A DNA stretch of 64,000 nt from Syntrophorhabdaceae bacterium. GTDB lineage: Bacteria > Desulfobacterota > Syntrophorhabdia > Syntrophorhabdales > Syntrophorhabdaceae. The stretch is taken from contig OY762209.1 of assembly GCA_963665295.1 (NCBI GenBank), positions 3,648,001-3,712,000 on the forward strand, written 5' to 3'. The notes beneath the pieces were generated by a model. The model was given only the letters and a program-made list of their open reading frames with translations. It was not told where the DNA came from and searched no databases. Shown in pieces: positions 41,779-50,663 of the stretch (the first letter of the stretch is position 1; each line of letters begins with the position of its first letter). The position numbers and the translations under genes were made by a program.

Positions 41779-42570
41779 ATGACGCGACCTAACAGTCCGA
41801 GGAGAGTGGGGTTTTTACCGCAAGCCATTTATTTCAAGCCCAAGGGCATCAAGACGGGGAAACTGGAAGAAGTGGTGCTGGGAAATGATGAACTCGAAGC
41901 CATCCGGCTCAAGGACCTGCTCGGTATGTCCCAGGGTGAAGCAGCCCAGGAGATGCACATTTCTCAACCCACCTTTCACCGTCTTGTCCTTACCGCCAGG
42001 CAGAAGATAGCCGACGCTTTCGTGAATGGAAAGGCGGTCCGTATCGAGGGGGGCAATATCAATCTGGAAGAGGACTTTTCCCAGCCGTGTCATTGGAGAA
42101 GAAGATGGGGTTGCAAGGCGAGAACAGCGTATGAGGGTGTGTCGGGTACGAATGCGGATAGGGCCCGGGAAGGGAAGATGACGATAATAGCCGTCACGAG
42201 TACGGACGGTACGCTGGAAGGCATGATAGATGAACGCTTCGGAAGGGCAAGGAAGATCATTATTTATGACAAGGAGAGACAGTCCTTCGATGTGGTAGAC
42301 AACACGATAAATATGAATTCGCCTCAGGGCGCAGGCATCGAGACAGCCCGGAATCTGGCAAGAACCCCTGCTCAGGCAGCGATCAGCGGCCATCTCGGAC
42401 CAAATGCATTTCGCGTCTTACAGGACGCCGGCATCGGAGCCTACAGCGCACCCAATATGACGGTGAGGGACGGACTGGCCGCGCTTGAAAAGGGAGATCT
42501 CGCGAGACTGGTGGAAGCCGATGTCGAGGGGTACTGGGGAAAAGGAGGTAGCGGAAATGCCGCGAGGTGA
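41779..42570 (+). CDS. DUF134 (HTH) + NifB/NifX-family domain fusion
   Basis: FKPKG..ELEAIRLKD..SQ.EAA.EM.ISQPTF (DUF134); D.RFGRA, GAGI, SGHLGPNAFRVL (NifX-like). Confidence 0.88.
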   Translation: MTRPNSPRRVGFLPQAIYFKPKGIKTGKLEEVVLGNDELEAIRLKDLLGMSQGEAAQEMHISQPTFHRLVLTARQKIADAFVNGKAVRIEGGNINLEEDFSQPCHWRRRWGCKARTAYEGVSGTNADRAREGKMTIIAVTSTDGTLEGMIDERFGRARKIIIYDKERQSFDVVDNTINMNSPQGAGIETARNLARTPAQAAISGHLGPNAFRVLQDAGIGAYSAPNMTVRDGLAALEKGDLARLVEADVEGYWGKGGSGNAAR

Positions 42571-42802
42571 TGGAACGGGACCGACGGGAAACGGGTCCCG
42601 TATAGGGCAGGGAGCCCTATGTAAAACGAGTGTCGATGGTGGCCGGAGTGCGGGGCGTGGGGGTTGCGTCCGTGACGGTGAATCTGTGCTTGCGCGGTCC
42701 GGGGTAGGGCTGGTCTGCAGTGAATGCGTGCTTCGTTCGAATGGCAGATGTCCCAGCAGCTTCCCCGCAAATAAGGCACATAACAGGAAACAAGGGGCGT
42801 AA
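42557..42802 (+). CDS. DUF5320-like small Gly-rich protein, possibly degenerate
   Basis: MPRGDGTGP start after AGGAGG RBS. Confidence 0.55.
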   Translation: MPRGDGTGPTGNGSRIGQGALCKTSVDGGRSAGRGGCVRDGESVLARSGVGLVCSECVLRSNGRCPSSFPANKAHNRKQGA

Positions 42803-42886
42803 TCAGGGACGTCGGAGCGTGTTGGCGCCGATTGGAGGGGTTGGTGTCCCATATAAATTCTACCTTAAATATATTCTGGAGGAATT

Positions 42887-43735
42887 ATGAACTGTAATGA
42901 GACAATTGGTGACACAAAGGCGGACGAGGTCCTGAAAGCGAGACTTGACAGGATCGGCAATATATTCATCGTACTTTCGGGAAAGGGCGGGGTCGGGAAG
43001 AGTACCGTCGCCGTGAACCTTGCGCTCAGCCTTTCTTTACGCGGGATGCGGACAGGTATACTTGATGTGGATATCCATGGCCCGAGCGTACCGAAATTGC
43101 TTGGCCTTTCAGGCAGGAAGGTGGGCATTTCCAGCGAGGAGATCGTCCCCCTCGAAGTGTACGGAAATCTCAAGGCCGTTTCTATCGGTTTCTTTCTCGA
43201 TGGTAACGAGCGGCCGGTTATCTGGAGGGGGCCCATGAAGGCGAAGATAATACGGGAGTTGGTCCAGGACGTGGCATGGGGAGACCTGGATTGTCTTGTG
43301 GTGGATTGTCCCCCGGGGACGGGTGACGAACCTCTTACCGTGGCGCAGCTCCTGGCTGCGAAAGGCAGGGCAGTCATTGTGACCACTCCGCAAGAGATTG
43401 CCACCATTGATGTGGAAAAATGCATCACCTTCTGCCGCCAGATGGACCTTCCTGTTGCCGGTATCGTGGAGAACATGAGCGGCTTCGTGTGTCCAGATTG
43501 CGGCAAGGAAGTGAACATCTTCGCATCCGGTGGCGGCATGAGGCTGGCGGAGAGATTTGGAATCCCCTTTCTCGGGAAGATACCCCTTGATCCCGATATA
43601 GTAAAGAGCGGGGACGAGGAACAGCCTTACGTACACTTCTATCCCAAAACGAAGACGGCGGAAAGATTCAGTGAAATTGTGGAGCGGATCATCTCTTCAG
43701 GGGATAGCAAAGAGACTGGGGCGGCCGGCGTTTAA
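42887..43735 (+). CDS. mrp: Mrp/NBP35 (ApbC) Fe-S carrier ATPase
   Basis: SGKGGVGKST, DVDIHGPS, WRGP, VDCPPGTGD, ENMS..CPDC. Confidence 0.94.
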   Translation: MNCNETIGDTKADEVLKARLDRIGNIFIVLSGKGGVGKSTVAVNLALSLSLRGMRTGILDVDIHGPSVPKLLGLSGRKVGISSEEIVPLEVYGNLKAVSIGFFLDGNERPVIWRGPMKAKIIRELVQDVAWGDLDCLVVDCPPGTGDEPLTVAQLLAAKGRAVIVTTPQEIATIDVEKCITFCRQMDLPVAGIVENMSGFVCPDCGKEVNIFASGGGMRLAERFGIPFLGKIPLDPDIVKSGDEEQPYVHFYPKTKTAERFSEIVERIISSGDSKETGAAGV

Positions 43736-44102
43736 AGGCCGTGGTGTCCGGCACACCCGGCCGAAGGCCGGTGCGGACAAACAAGTCCCATTCCGGGCCT
43801 GGCGGATTAGATAGGTGCGATATATTGCGAGTCCGGCAGGGGAGTGTCTACCGGAGCAAATCGGATTCGTCGTCCGGATGAGAATGACGGAGGAGACGAG
43901 ACCCCGGTAGCCCCTGGCACGTAAATCTTTTTCCGGCAACAAGAAGGTTGTCATCGAGGCCGTCATGGCCGGCGAGACTCTTGCTGCAGCCGAGTTGCAA
44001 AATAGCTCGGCTGCAGGAACGATTCAAGGGGGGACTCACCTCCAGTTTTGAACATGAAGTATTGAGACCGACACAAAAGTCTGCCAAAATTTGCAGGGCA
44101 TA

Positions 44103-44134
44103 TTGACAAGGGATTGTTGTGAATATACATTCAC
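44103..44134 (+). promoter_or_regulatory. Promoter with palindromic operator GTGAATATACATTCAC
   Basis: TTGACA at 44103; palindrome 44119-44134 matching the 41718 site at 13/14 positions. Confidence 0.65.
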
Positions 44135-44271
44135 TAAATGGATATTTGCAGCCATGGAAGAAGGAGTAGGCATGACCGGCGCGCGGAGCGCACGTATGCC
44201 CTCCGGGACAAGGGGCGCGTGATATGAAATTGAAAGAAGACAAAGATTGTGAGGTCAAAGGAGGCGCAGTT

Positions 44272-44715
44272 ATGAACGTAATCTGTAGAGGGATCTTCAT
44301 GGGCATAATTTTGGCAGGTTTATCCTTCATCGTTTTACCCTTTTGCAGTCCATGCCCCGCGGCTGAGCCGCTTTTCAATTCTATGCAGGCGCCGGGAAAG
44401 AAGATTCCCATGGGGAACGGTCACTACCTGATATACGGCTTCGATAAAAAGCCCAAGCTGGGCATGGTCATTATGAAAGTGGAAATCTTCGACAGCCAGG
44501 GAAAGAAAGATACCTCCTTCCAGGTAAAAGGTGACTCCGGCATGCCCTCCATGAAAGGCGCCCATGAAACGGGAGAACAGGCTTTTACCCTTTCGAAAAA
44601 AGGCGACTACCTCCTGCCTATCAACATTGTCATGCCGGGCGACTGGGAGGTGAGGATTACCGTGATGAAGGATGGAAAGGTGGTGCTGAGGGGAAGGTAT
44701 GACTTCGATGTTTAG
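44272..44715 (+). CDS. YtkA/FixH-like exported protein
   Basis: Signal peptide, GMPSM.GAH, G.Y..P....MPGDWEV.I; AGGAGG RBS. Confidence 0.75.
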   Translation: MNVICRGIFMGIILAGLSFIVLPFCSPCPAAEPLFNSMQAPGKKIPMGNGHYLIYGFDKKPKLGMVIMKVEIFDSQGKKDTSFQVKGDSGMPSMKGAHETGEQAFTLSKKGDYLLPINIVMPGDWEVRITVMKDGKVVLRGRYDFDV

Positions 44716-45703
44716 AGCATTCGTCGCAGGCGTGATTCTTTTGCTCCTCGTCGGTCTAGTGCGCGCTTCCGACCAACTGCTCTATTTTGAGGCGCAAGGA
44801 ATAGGGGGATATTCGTCGGAACTCAGGAAACCCGTTTATTATTCTCAGAATCCTGATGCCGAGATGCAGAAGCCGAGCGTAGGTTTCGATTACTTGAAAC
44901 GGTTCTCCGGCGACTCGGGCGACTGGGGCACTTTTGCCCTCCAGTCCCGCCTCGCCCTCACGGTGAACGGCCTCGATGGGGCCAACTGGGCCAAATGGGA
45001 ACCCCAGGTATACAATGCCTATTTTAAGGTGAAAACCCCGGGCCCCTATGTTTGGGTGGGACACAATCGCCCCGCCTTCGGCATAGGGTCCTATTTCGAT
45101 AGCCATGGCCTTATTCTCAGGACTCTGCCCATCCAGGGTTTCGGCTATGACAGGGATTGGGGGGCGGGCCTTTACAGGGACTTCTCGTGGGGAGACCTCG
45201 CATTCACCCATACCCTGGGGTCGGGCATGCCTGTAATAACCAACGGCAACTACATGAGCGCCGCGAGAGCTTCCTATGGAGTCCTCTCCAGGGATAATTA
45301 CAATGTGGGTTTGTCAGGCGGATATGGTCAGACCCTCGATACCGTCGGCTACAACGTGAATAACCCCAATCCCGAAGCGATGAGGCTCGTGGGAGCCGAC
45401 CTGACCGTTTTGTGGAATCGTTTCGAGCACCGGATTGATACTCTCGCGGGGAGGTGGCAGGACCAGAATACTTACGCCCTCATGTATCGCGTCGGTTTCA
45501 ACGTGGACCCCGAGAACCGACTGAAGCTGGAGTTTCAACCTACATATTGGAAGTTCAATGATCAGACCAACTACCAGCTCGCCTTCTGTGTGTCGAGCCA
45601 GGTTACATCAAACCTGACGGTGCGTCTCATGTACCAGTATGATCAAACTTCCACGGACAGTAGCGTGGTGGTGCAATTCTACTATTACAGGCCTATGTTA
45701 TGA
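44708..45703 (+). CDS. Putative outer-membrane beta-barrel protein
   Basis: Signal peptide, amphipathic Tyr/Gly-rich strands, C-terminal VVVQFYYY. Confidence 0.65.
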   Translation: MFRAFVAGVILLLLVGLVRASDQLLYFEAQGIGGYSSELRKPVYYSQNPDAEMQKPSVGFDYLKRFSGDSGDWGTFALQSRLALTVNGLDGANWAKWEPQVYNAYFKVKTPGPYVWVGHNRPAFGIGSYFDSHGLILRTLPIQGFGYDRDWGAGLYRDFSWGDLAFTHTLGSGMPVITNGNYMSAARASYGVLSRDNYNVGLSGGYGQTLDTVGYNVNNPNPEAMRLVGADLTVLWNRFEHRIDTLAGRWQDQNTYALMYRVGFNVDPENRLKLEFQPTYWKFNDQTNYQLAFCVSSQVTSNLTVRLMYQYDQTSTDSSVVVQFYYYRPML

Positions 45704-45873
45704 GAAAGATGAGGGGGTTTGCCGGAACAGGGTATGTAGTTTCAGTTCTGTTCCTTATTCTCGGAAGCCGTACCGCGGTCTTCGGCACGGTCGGCTGCGG
45801 CCCGAACGACCCTCACCGCAACAGGGCTGCGGGCCGGGCAGTACAACCTACACAGGAGGCACCAAAGAAATGA
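45700..45873 (+). CDS. 57-aa small membrane/exported peptide
   Basis: MRKMRGFAGTGYVVSVLFLILGSRTAVFGTVGCGPNDPHRNRAAGRAVQPTQEAPKK; ATGA overlaps at both ends. Confidence 0.6.
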   Translation: MRKMRGFAGTGYVVSVLFLILGSRTAVFGTVGCGPNDPHRNRAAGRAVQPTQEAPKK

Positions 45874-47063
45874 TTACAAAATTCCAGGTAGCATACAAAA
45901 ACCTTCTCAGGAAGAAGGTAAGGAGTCTCCTGACCATCGTCGGCATAGCCCTGTCCGCCTGGGTACTCGTGAGCCTCCTGGGGTTCAATCAGGGTTACGA
46001 GCATTCGCTCAACAAGGATATAGACAATATGGGGTTTCAACTCATGGTTATGGCAAAAGGCTGTCCTTACGAGGCGGCTACCCTCATGTTGAAGGGGGGG
46101 ACAGGCCTGCGTTATATAGACGAGTCGGTGATGAAGGAAATTATGAAGGAGCCCGAGGTCGATCAGATTACCCCAATCTTCATGTCCGCGGTTTTTGACC
46201 CCAACAAGGGTGAAAGTGGAGGAATAGCGGGTTATTTCGGTATCGAGCCCAAAAGCTTCTCGGAGATGAAGCCCTTCCTCAAGTTCCGGCAGGGAGGGTG
46301 GTTTAAGGGTGAAGACGGGTATGAGGCGGTACTCGGCTTCGAGGCGGCCGAACTTGAACAGCGTGAAGTGGGAGACATGATCCTCATGCCCGAAAAGAAC
46401 GTCCAGTTTAAGGTGGCGGGAATTCTGGAAAGAACAGGAACCCAGGACGATGGGACCATATTCGTGCCCCTCAAAACGGTGCAAAAGATCTTCAAGAAGC
46501 CCACGGAAATCACTACCATAGGCATCAAACTGAAAAAGGGCGTCAACAGCGGTCCCCTTGAAGAGAAGCTTTATCAACTTCCCGACGTCCAGATCGTAAG
46601 CCTGGCTCAGGTTAAGGACACGATCATGAAGCTTATCTCTACGGCAAAGGTGATGGTCCTCTCTATTGCCATCATTGCCATTCTGATCGCCATGGTAGGC
46701 GTTATCAACACGATCCTTACCTCCGTATGGGAAAGGTTCCAGGAGATCGGCATCCTGAAGACCATTGGTGCCATGCCATGGGACGTATTTCAACTGATCT
46801 GGCTGGAGACGCTCATGCTCTGCACCACGGGCGGCATCCTGGGAGTTATCTTTGCCCTGATCCTTTCGCGGGTCACGGACGTACTGATGCGCCGACTCCT
46901 GCCCTACGCCCCGGGAGGCGGCCTGGTGCTCATAGACTTGAAGCTTATCGTTATGACCCTTGTGGGAATTCTTGTGATAGGGCTTTTGAGCGGTGTGTAC
47001 CCCGCCTGGAAGGCGGGAAGGATCAGACCGCTTGAGGCGATAAGGGGGGAGGCGGGAAGATGA
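45870..47063 (+). CDS. MacB/FtsX-type ABC transporter permease
   Basis: KNLLRKKVRSLLT, ERFQEIGILKTIGA, YPAWKA..I.P.EAIR; GGAGG RBS before ATG 45870. Confidence 0.92.
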   Translation: MITKFQVAYKNLLRKKVRSLLTIVGIALSAWVLVSLLGFNQGYEHSLNKDIDNMGFQLMVMAKGCPYEAATLMLKGGTGLRYIDESVMKEIMKEPEVDQITPIFMSAVFDPNKGESGGIAGYFGIEPKSFSEMKPFLKFRQGGWFKGEDGYEAVLGFEAAELEQREVGDMILMPEKNVQFKVAGILERTGTQDDGTIFVPLKTVQKIFKKPTEITTIGIKLKKGVNSGPLEEKLYQLPDVQIVSLAQVKDTIMKLISTAKVMVLSIAIIAILIAMVGVINTILTSVWERFQEIGILKTIGAMPWDVFQLIWLETLMLCTTGGILGVIFALILSRVTDVLMRRLLPYAPGGGLVLIDLKLIVMTLVGILVIGLLSGVYPAWKAGRIRPLEAIRGEAGR

Positions 47064-47800
47064 GCGGGAAATTCGTGTCCATTGAGGCAAAGCGTCTGAC
47101 CAAAGTCTATACCCGGGGCATAGAGGAAGTCATTTCGGTAAATAATGTTTCCTTCGAGATCAACAAAGGGGATTTCATCTCCATTATAGGACCGTCGGGT
47201 TCAGGAAAGACCACTCTTGTCAACCTTCTGGGGTGTCTCGATAACCCCTCGGGGGGAGAGCTTCTTCTCGACGGTAATATGATCTTCGGCGCCAATAGGC
47301 GCCTCTCCGAACGGGCGTTGACGAAGATAAGGAGGGAAGCCTTCGGCTATGTCTTCCAGAATTTCTATCTCATTCCCACGCTGACGGTTATGGAGAACAT
47401 TCTCCTTCCCCTTACCTTTTTCCGCAAGCCGGGAACGGATGACGAGGCGGAAAAGCTCCTTGCTTTGCTCGGAATCGACCATAGGAGGAACCATCTTCCC
47501 GGACAGATCTCGGGAGGCGAGATGCAGAGGGTAGCCATAGCCAGGGCCATGGTAAACAAGCCGGAGATACTCCTTGCTGATGAGCCCACAGGAAACCTCG
47601 ACACGAAGCGGTCCGAAGAGATCGTGGAAGTCCTCCGCGTTCTCAACAGGAGCGTGGGCCTCACGGTAGTCATGGTCACTCACAACCCGGAGTTAGCTCG
47701 CTATGCGGAACGCATGTTCGAGATGAAAGACGGTCATATCAGCGAGATCGAGGTCGATTCCCGCAGGGCTGCTTCTGATGTCTGTCAGGGGAATCAATAA
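47060..47800 (+). CDS. ABC transporter ATP-binding protein (LolD/MacB type)
   Basis: GPSGSGKT, ISGGEMQR, LLADEPTGNLD. Confidence 0.95.
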   Translation: MSGKFVSIEAKRLTKVYTRGIEEVISVNNVSFEINKGDFISIIGPSGSGKTTLVNLLGCLDNPSGGELLLDGNMIFGANRRLSERALTKIRREAFGYVFQNFYLIPTLTVMENILLPLTFFRKPGTDDEAEKLLALLGIDHRRNHLPGQISGGEMQRVAIARAMVNKPEILLADEPTGNLDTKRSEEIVEVLRVLNRSVGLTVVMVTHNPELARYAERMFEMKDGHISEIEVDSRRAASDVCQGNQ

Positions 47801-47849
47801 GAAAAGCGGGAGCTTCGGAGACAGATACCGCCGGACAGGGAGGGATAGC

Positions 47850-48380
47850 ATGAGAAAAAACGGCGCTCTCAGCATTATCGGAGCCCTGTGCGTTGTTTTC
47901 CCCGCCCTCGCATGGGCCGGGACGTATGAAGAATTTACGCTCCCCAGAGTGTGCGTCTATTGTGGGATGGACAGAGGGGTGTACAGCTTCTCGCGCATGC
48001 TCATCCAATACGACGACGGATCGTCGGCCGCGGTCTGCAGCCTTCACTGTGCCGCCATGGATATGGCAAGAAATATGGACAAGACGCCGATGTCGATCAA
48101 AGTGGCTGATTTCAACGGAAAGCAGCTCATCGACGCGGAGGAGGCCTTTTGGGTTGTAGGGGGCAGGAAGCCCGGGGTCACGACAAAGAGGGGAAAATGG
48201 GCCTTCGAAAAGAAGGGTGATGCCGAGAGTTTCATGGAGGCAAACGAGGGACGGATTGTCTCATTCGAAGATGCGGCAAAAATGGCCTATGACGATATGC
48301 ATGAGGACACAAAAGCGATGAGGCAGAAACGAAAGGCGATGCATATGAAGTCGACGGACATGGACGATGAATCCTCCTGA
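47850..48380 (+). CDS. NosL-family metal-binding accessory protein
   Basis: CVYCGMD, CSLHC, IDA..A.WV.G, AF....DA..F....G. Confidence 0.8.
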   Translation: MRKNGALSIIGALCVVFPALAWAGTYEEFTLPRVCVYCGMDRGVYSFSRMLIQYDDGSSAAVCSLHCAAMDMARNMDKTPMSIKVADFNGKQLIDAEEAFWVVGGRKPGVTTKRGKWAFEKKGDAESFMEANEGRIVSFEDAAKMAYDDMHEDTKAMRQKRKAMHMKSTDMDDESS

Positions 48381-48474
48381 GAAGGTCATCGTTTCCCGCC
48401 GAAAGGGGTTTTTCTGTATCGTCGGGACGTGACGGGTGATTCGGCAGCGACAAGGGCCGGAAGTTGCGTGCGGG

Positions 48475-49176
48475 TCAGAGGGTTGTGTAAACGAGGTAGA
48501 CACCGCCTAGTATTACAAGGGCGCCGCAGAGCCTCTTGAGAATGACGGGCCCCCCGGACCGTTCGTTCCACCCGAGGTACCTTTCCACCACCTCGGTGAA
48601 GGTTCCCGCAAACACAATGACAGCGCAGTGGCCGATGCTATAGGAAACGAGGAGCGACACGCCATACCAGGGGCGCGTCGATGCGGTTTGGAACACGACG
48701 GTGAGCATGGGGGCCATGTATGCAAATGTGCAAGGTCCCAGGGCTATTCCAAAGATGAGGCCAAGGGCGAAAGCGGCCCGTGCTCCCTTGCGTGAAAATG
48801 CCATTTGGCCCAGCCCGGACCAGGGCATGGGGATGACGTCCAGAAGATGCAGTCCCACAAGGAAGAAGACGCAAGCCACAAGAATGATGCCCCACCGCCC
48901 CACGTCGCCCATCATTCGGCCGGCAGCACCTGTAACCGCGGCAACCGCGGCGATGCTCACCAGAAGACCGAGCGAAAAGAGGGTAGAGATATAAAAGGCC
49001 CTTCTTGCGGAAATCCGGCCTTGCCCATTGATGAAGCCCACAATAAGGGGTATGCTTGACAAATGACACGGGCTGAGAAGAACACTGAGTATCCCCCAGG
49101 TAAAAGACGCCATTGCCGCAAGGACCCATGTTCCTTCCACCGAATGGCTGAGACCTGAGAGGATGCTCGCCAACAT
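48475..49176 (-). CDS. ccdA: CcdA/DsbD-family transmembrane thiol-disulfide transporter
   Basis: LSPCHL and LGPCTF conserved Cys pair, hydrophobic protein. Confidence 0.85.
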   Translation of the reverse strand: MLASILSGLSHSVEGTWVLAAMASFTWGILSVLLSPCHLSSIPLIVGFINGQGRISARRAFYISTLFSLGLLVSIAAVAAVTGAAGRMMGDVGRWGIILVACVFFLVGLHLLDVIPMPWSGLGQMAFSRKGARAAFALGLIFGIALGPCTFAYMAPMLTVVFQTASTRPWYGVSLLVSYSIGHCAVIVFAGTFTEVVERYLGWNERSGGPVILKRLCGALVILGGVYLVYTTL

Positions 49177-49188
49177 GCTATACCCCGG

Positions 49189-49611
49189 CTACCGCTTCGG
49201 AAGCTTTTTGAGGGGAATGTTCAGTTCCCCCAGTTTCTTCAGGATATCTTCCTTGGACATGAACCCCAAGTGACGATAGAGTTCTTTGCCGGAAGGATCG
49301 TAAAATATTTGGGTGGGTATCATACGAATGCCATACTTAGTGCTTTCCTCCGGGTTCTTCCACACATCAACGAACAACACGTCGAGGCTGCCCGCATATT
49401 CGGACTTCAGTTCCTTCAGAACGGGGGCCATCATTTTGCACGGGATACACTTATCCGCCCCTACATCAACAAGCCGGGGAAGGGCTTTTGAGGCAGCAGG
49501 CGCGTTTGTTGTGGTGGTTTTTTCCGTAGCCGGGGCTGCGTAAACGGCCGCATACCCTGCCCACAGGATGATTGTCAGAGCTGCCGCAAGGAGTGTCGGA
49601 AGGCGTTTCAT
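49189..49611 (-). CDS. Exported thioredoxin-family protein
   Basis: Signal peptide, CIPC, IPTQIF. Confidence 0.9.
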   Translation of the reverse strand: MKRLPTLLAAALTIILWAGYAAVYAAPATEKTTTTNAPAASKALPRLVDVGADKCIPCKMMAPVLKELKSEYAGSLDVLFVDVWKNPEESTKYGIRMIPTQIFYDPSGKELYRHLGFMSKEDILKKLGELNIPLKKLPKR

Positions 49612-49979
49612 GCGTTGCTCATGACCTGGTCGAGGGCTGTCTTCGTTTCCTCACCCAACTTCTCGAATGCGTGTTTCTTTTCGATTCCGAGATCGGTCAC
49701 CACAAAGTACCGGGAAGGTTCGATACCGTGGGCCTCCAGGATCTTCTTCCCGCACGAAACCGGGCAACCGTCTATGAGTATAACCTTTCCCGATTTCGCT
49801 GATTCTACGAAGCCGGATAGACTTGCGCCCAATCCGGCCAGACAATAGGCACTGCCTATGCCCGCTTTGTCCATCTCGACCATGATGCCGTTCGATATCT
49901 GCCCCACATTCGAGCCGCCGGAGCACGCGACGATCAATTTCTTTACCTCACCATTGCAGCATATATTCTTGTCCGACAT
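49608..49979 (-). CDS. DGC-domain putative zinc-binding protein
   Basis: ACSG.SNVGQ, CLAG, IDGCP..C. Confidence 0.85.
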   Translation of the reverse strand: MSDKNICCNGEVKKLIVACSGGSNVGQISNGIMVEMDKAGIGSAYCLAGLGASLSGFVESAKSGKVILIDGCPVSCGKKILEAHGIEPSRYFVVTDLGIEKKHAFEKLGEETKTALDQVMSNA

Positions 49980-49995
49980 AACATCCTCCTTATGG

Positions 49996-50229
49996 TTATA
50001 GAAGCTTCTTGATCTCTTCCACGGACAGGACCTTTCCGACACTCTTTACCTTACCGTCTATCACCAGTCCCGGGGTCATCATGACGCCATAACTCATGAT
50101 TTTCTTTAAATCGGTAACCTTTTCGATCTCAAAGTCCGCCCCTTTGTCCTTTAACGCATCTTCTGCATTCTTCGCGAGTTTTATGCATTTTTGACATCCC
50201 GTTCCCAGTATCTCTATCTTCATCGACAT
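49996..50229 (-). CDS. Small redox-active disulfide protein (MTH895-like thioredoxin)
   Basis: MKIEILGTGCQKC, YGVMMTPGLVIDG. Confidence 0.9.
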   Translation of the reverse strand: MSMKIEILGTGCQKCIKLAKNAEDALKDKGADFEIEKVTDLKKIMSYGVMMTPGLVIDGKVKSVGKVLSVEEIKKLL

Positions 50230-50615
50230 GTACCTCCCTTATTTTTATTACCTTTACCGGAACAGCACCTGCCGGCCATGGGTATTACGTCCGCTTTATT
50301 CCTCAAGAACCCCTCCAGTCGTTCCCGGTCGGTCTTCATGGTCTCCTCCGGGATCCTCTCCATTACCGACATGATAAGAAACCTCTTAAAGAGGTCCGAA
50401 TCGTCGAGTTTGTAATGCATCCACTTTCCTTCCTTTCTGTCCCTGACGAGTCCGGCCGCCTTTAGCGCCGCGAGATGAAAGGAGACTTTCGGCTGGATCA
50501 TGTCAAAAGCCGCAACGATGTCACATACGCAGAGTTCTCCATGTTCGAGGAGCTTAAGCGTCCTCAGTCTCGTTTCATCGGAAAGAGCCTTGAATATGGT
50601 AAGCATATCTTTCAT
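50220..50615 (-). CDS. arsR: ArsR/SmtB-family repressor
   Basis: FKALSDETRL, ELCVCD, SFHL..LK; C-terminal CC. Confidence 0.9.
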   Translation of the reverse strand: MKDMLTIFKALSDETRLRTLKLLEHGELCVCDIVAAFDMIQPKVSFHLAALKAAGLVRDRKEGKWMHYKLDDSDLFKRFLIMSVMERIPEETMKTDRERLEGFLRNKADVIPMAGRCCSGKGNKNKGGTCR

Positions 50616-50663
50616 AAATCATCTTTTCCTTATCACGTCATAAACGGGTGCCGCACGTTTGTT

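Noticed and set aside
44172..44222. 16-codon leader ORF (MTGARSARMPSGTRGA) with AAGGAG
   Set aside because: Too short, with no attenuator structure or informative codon runs.
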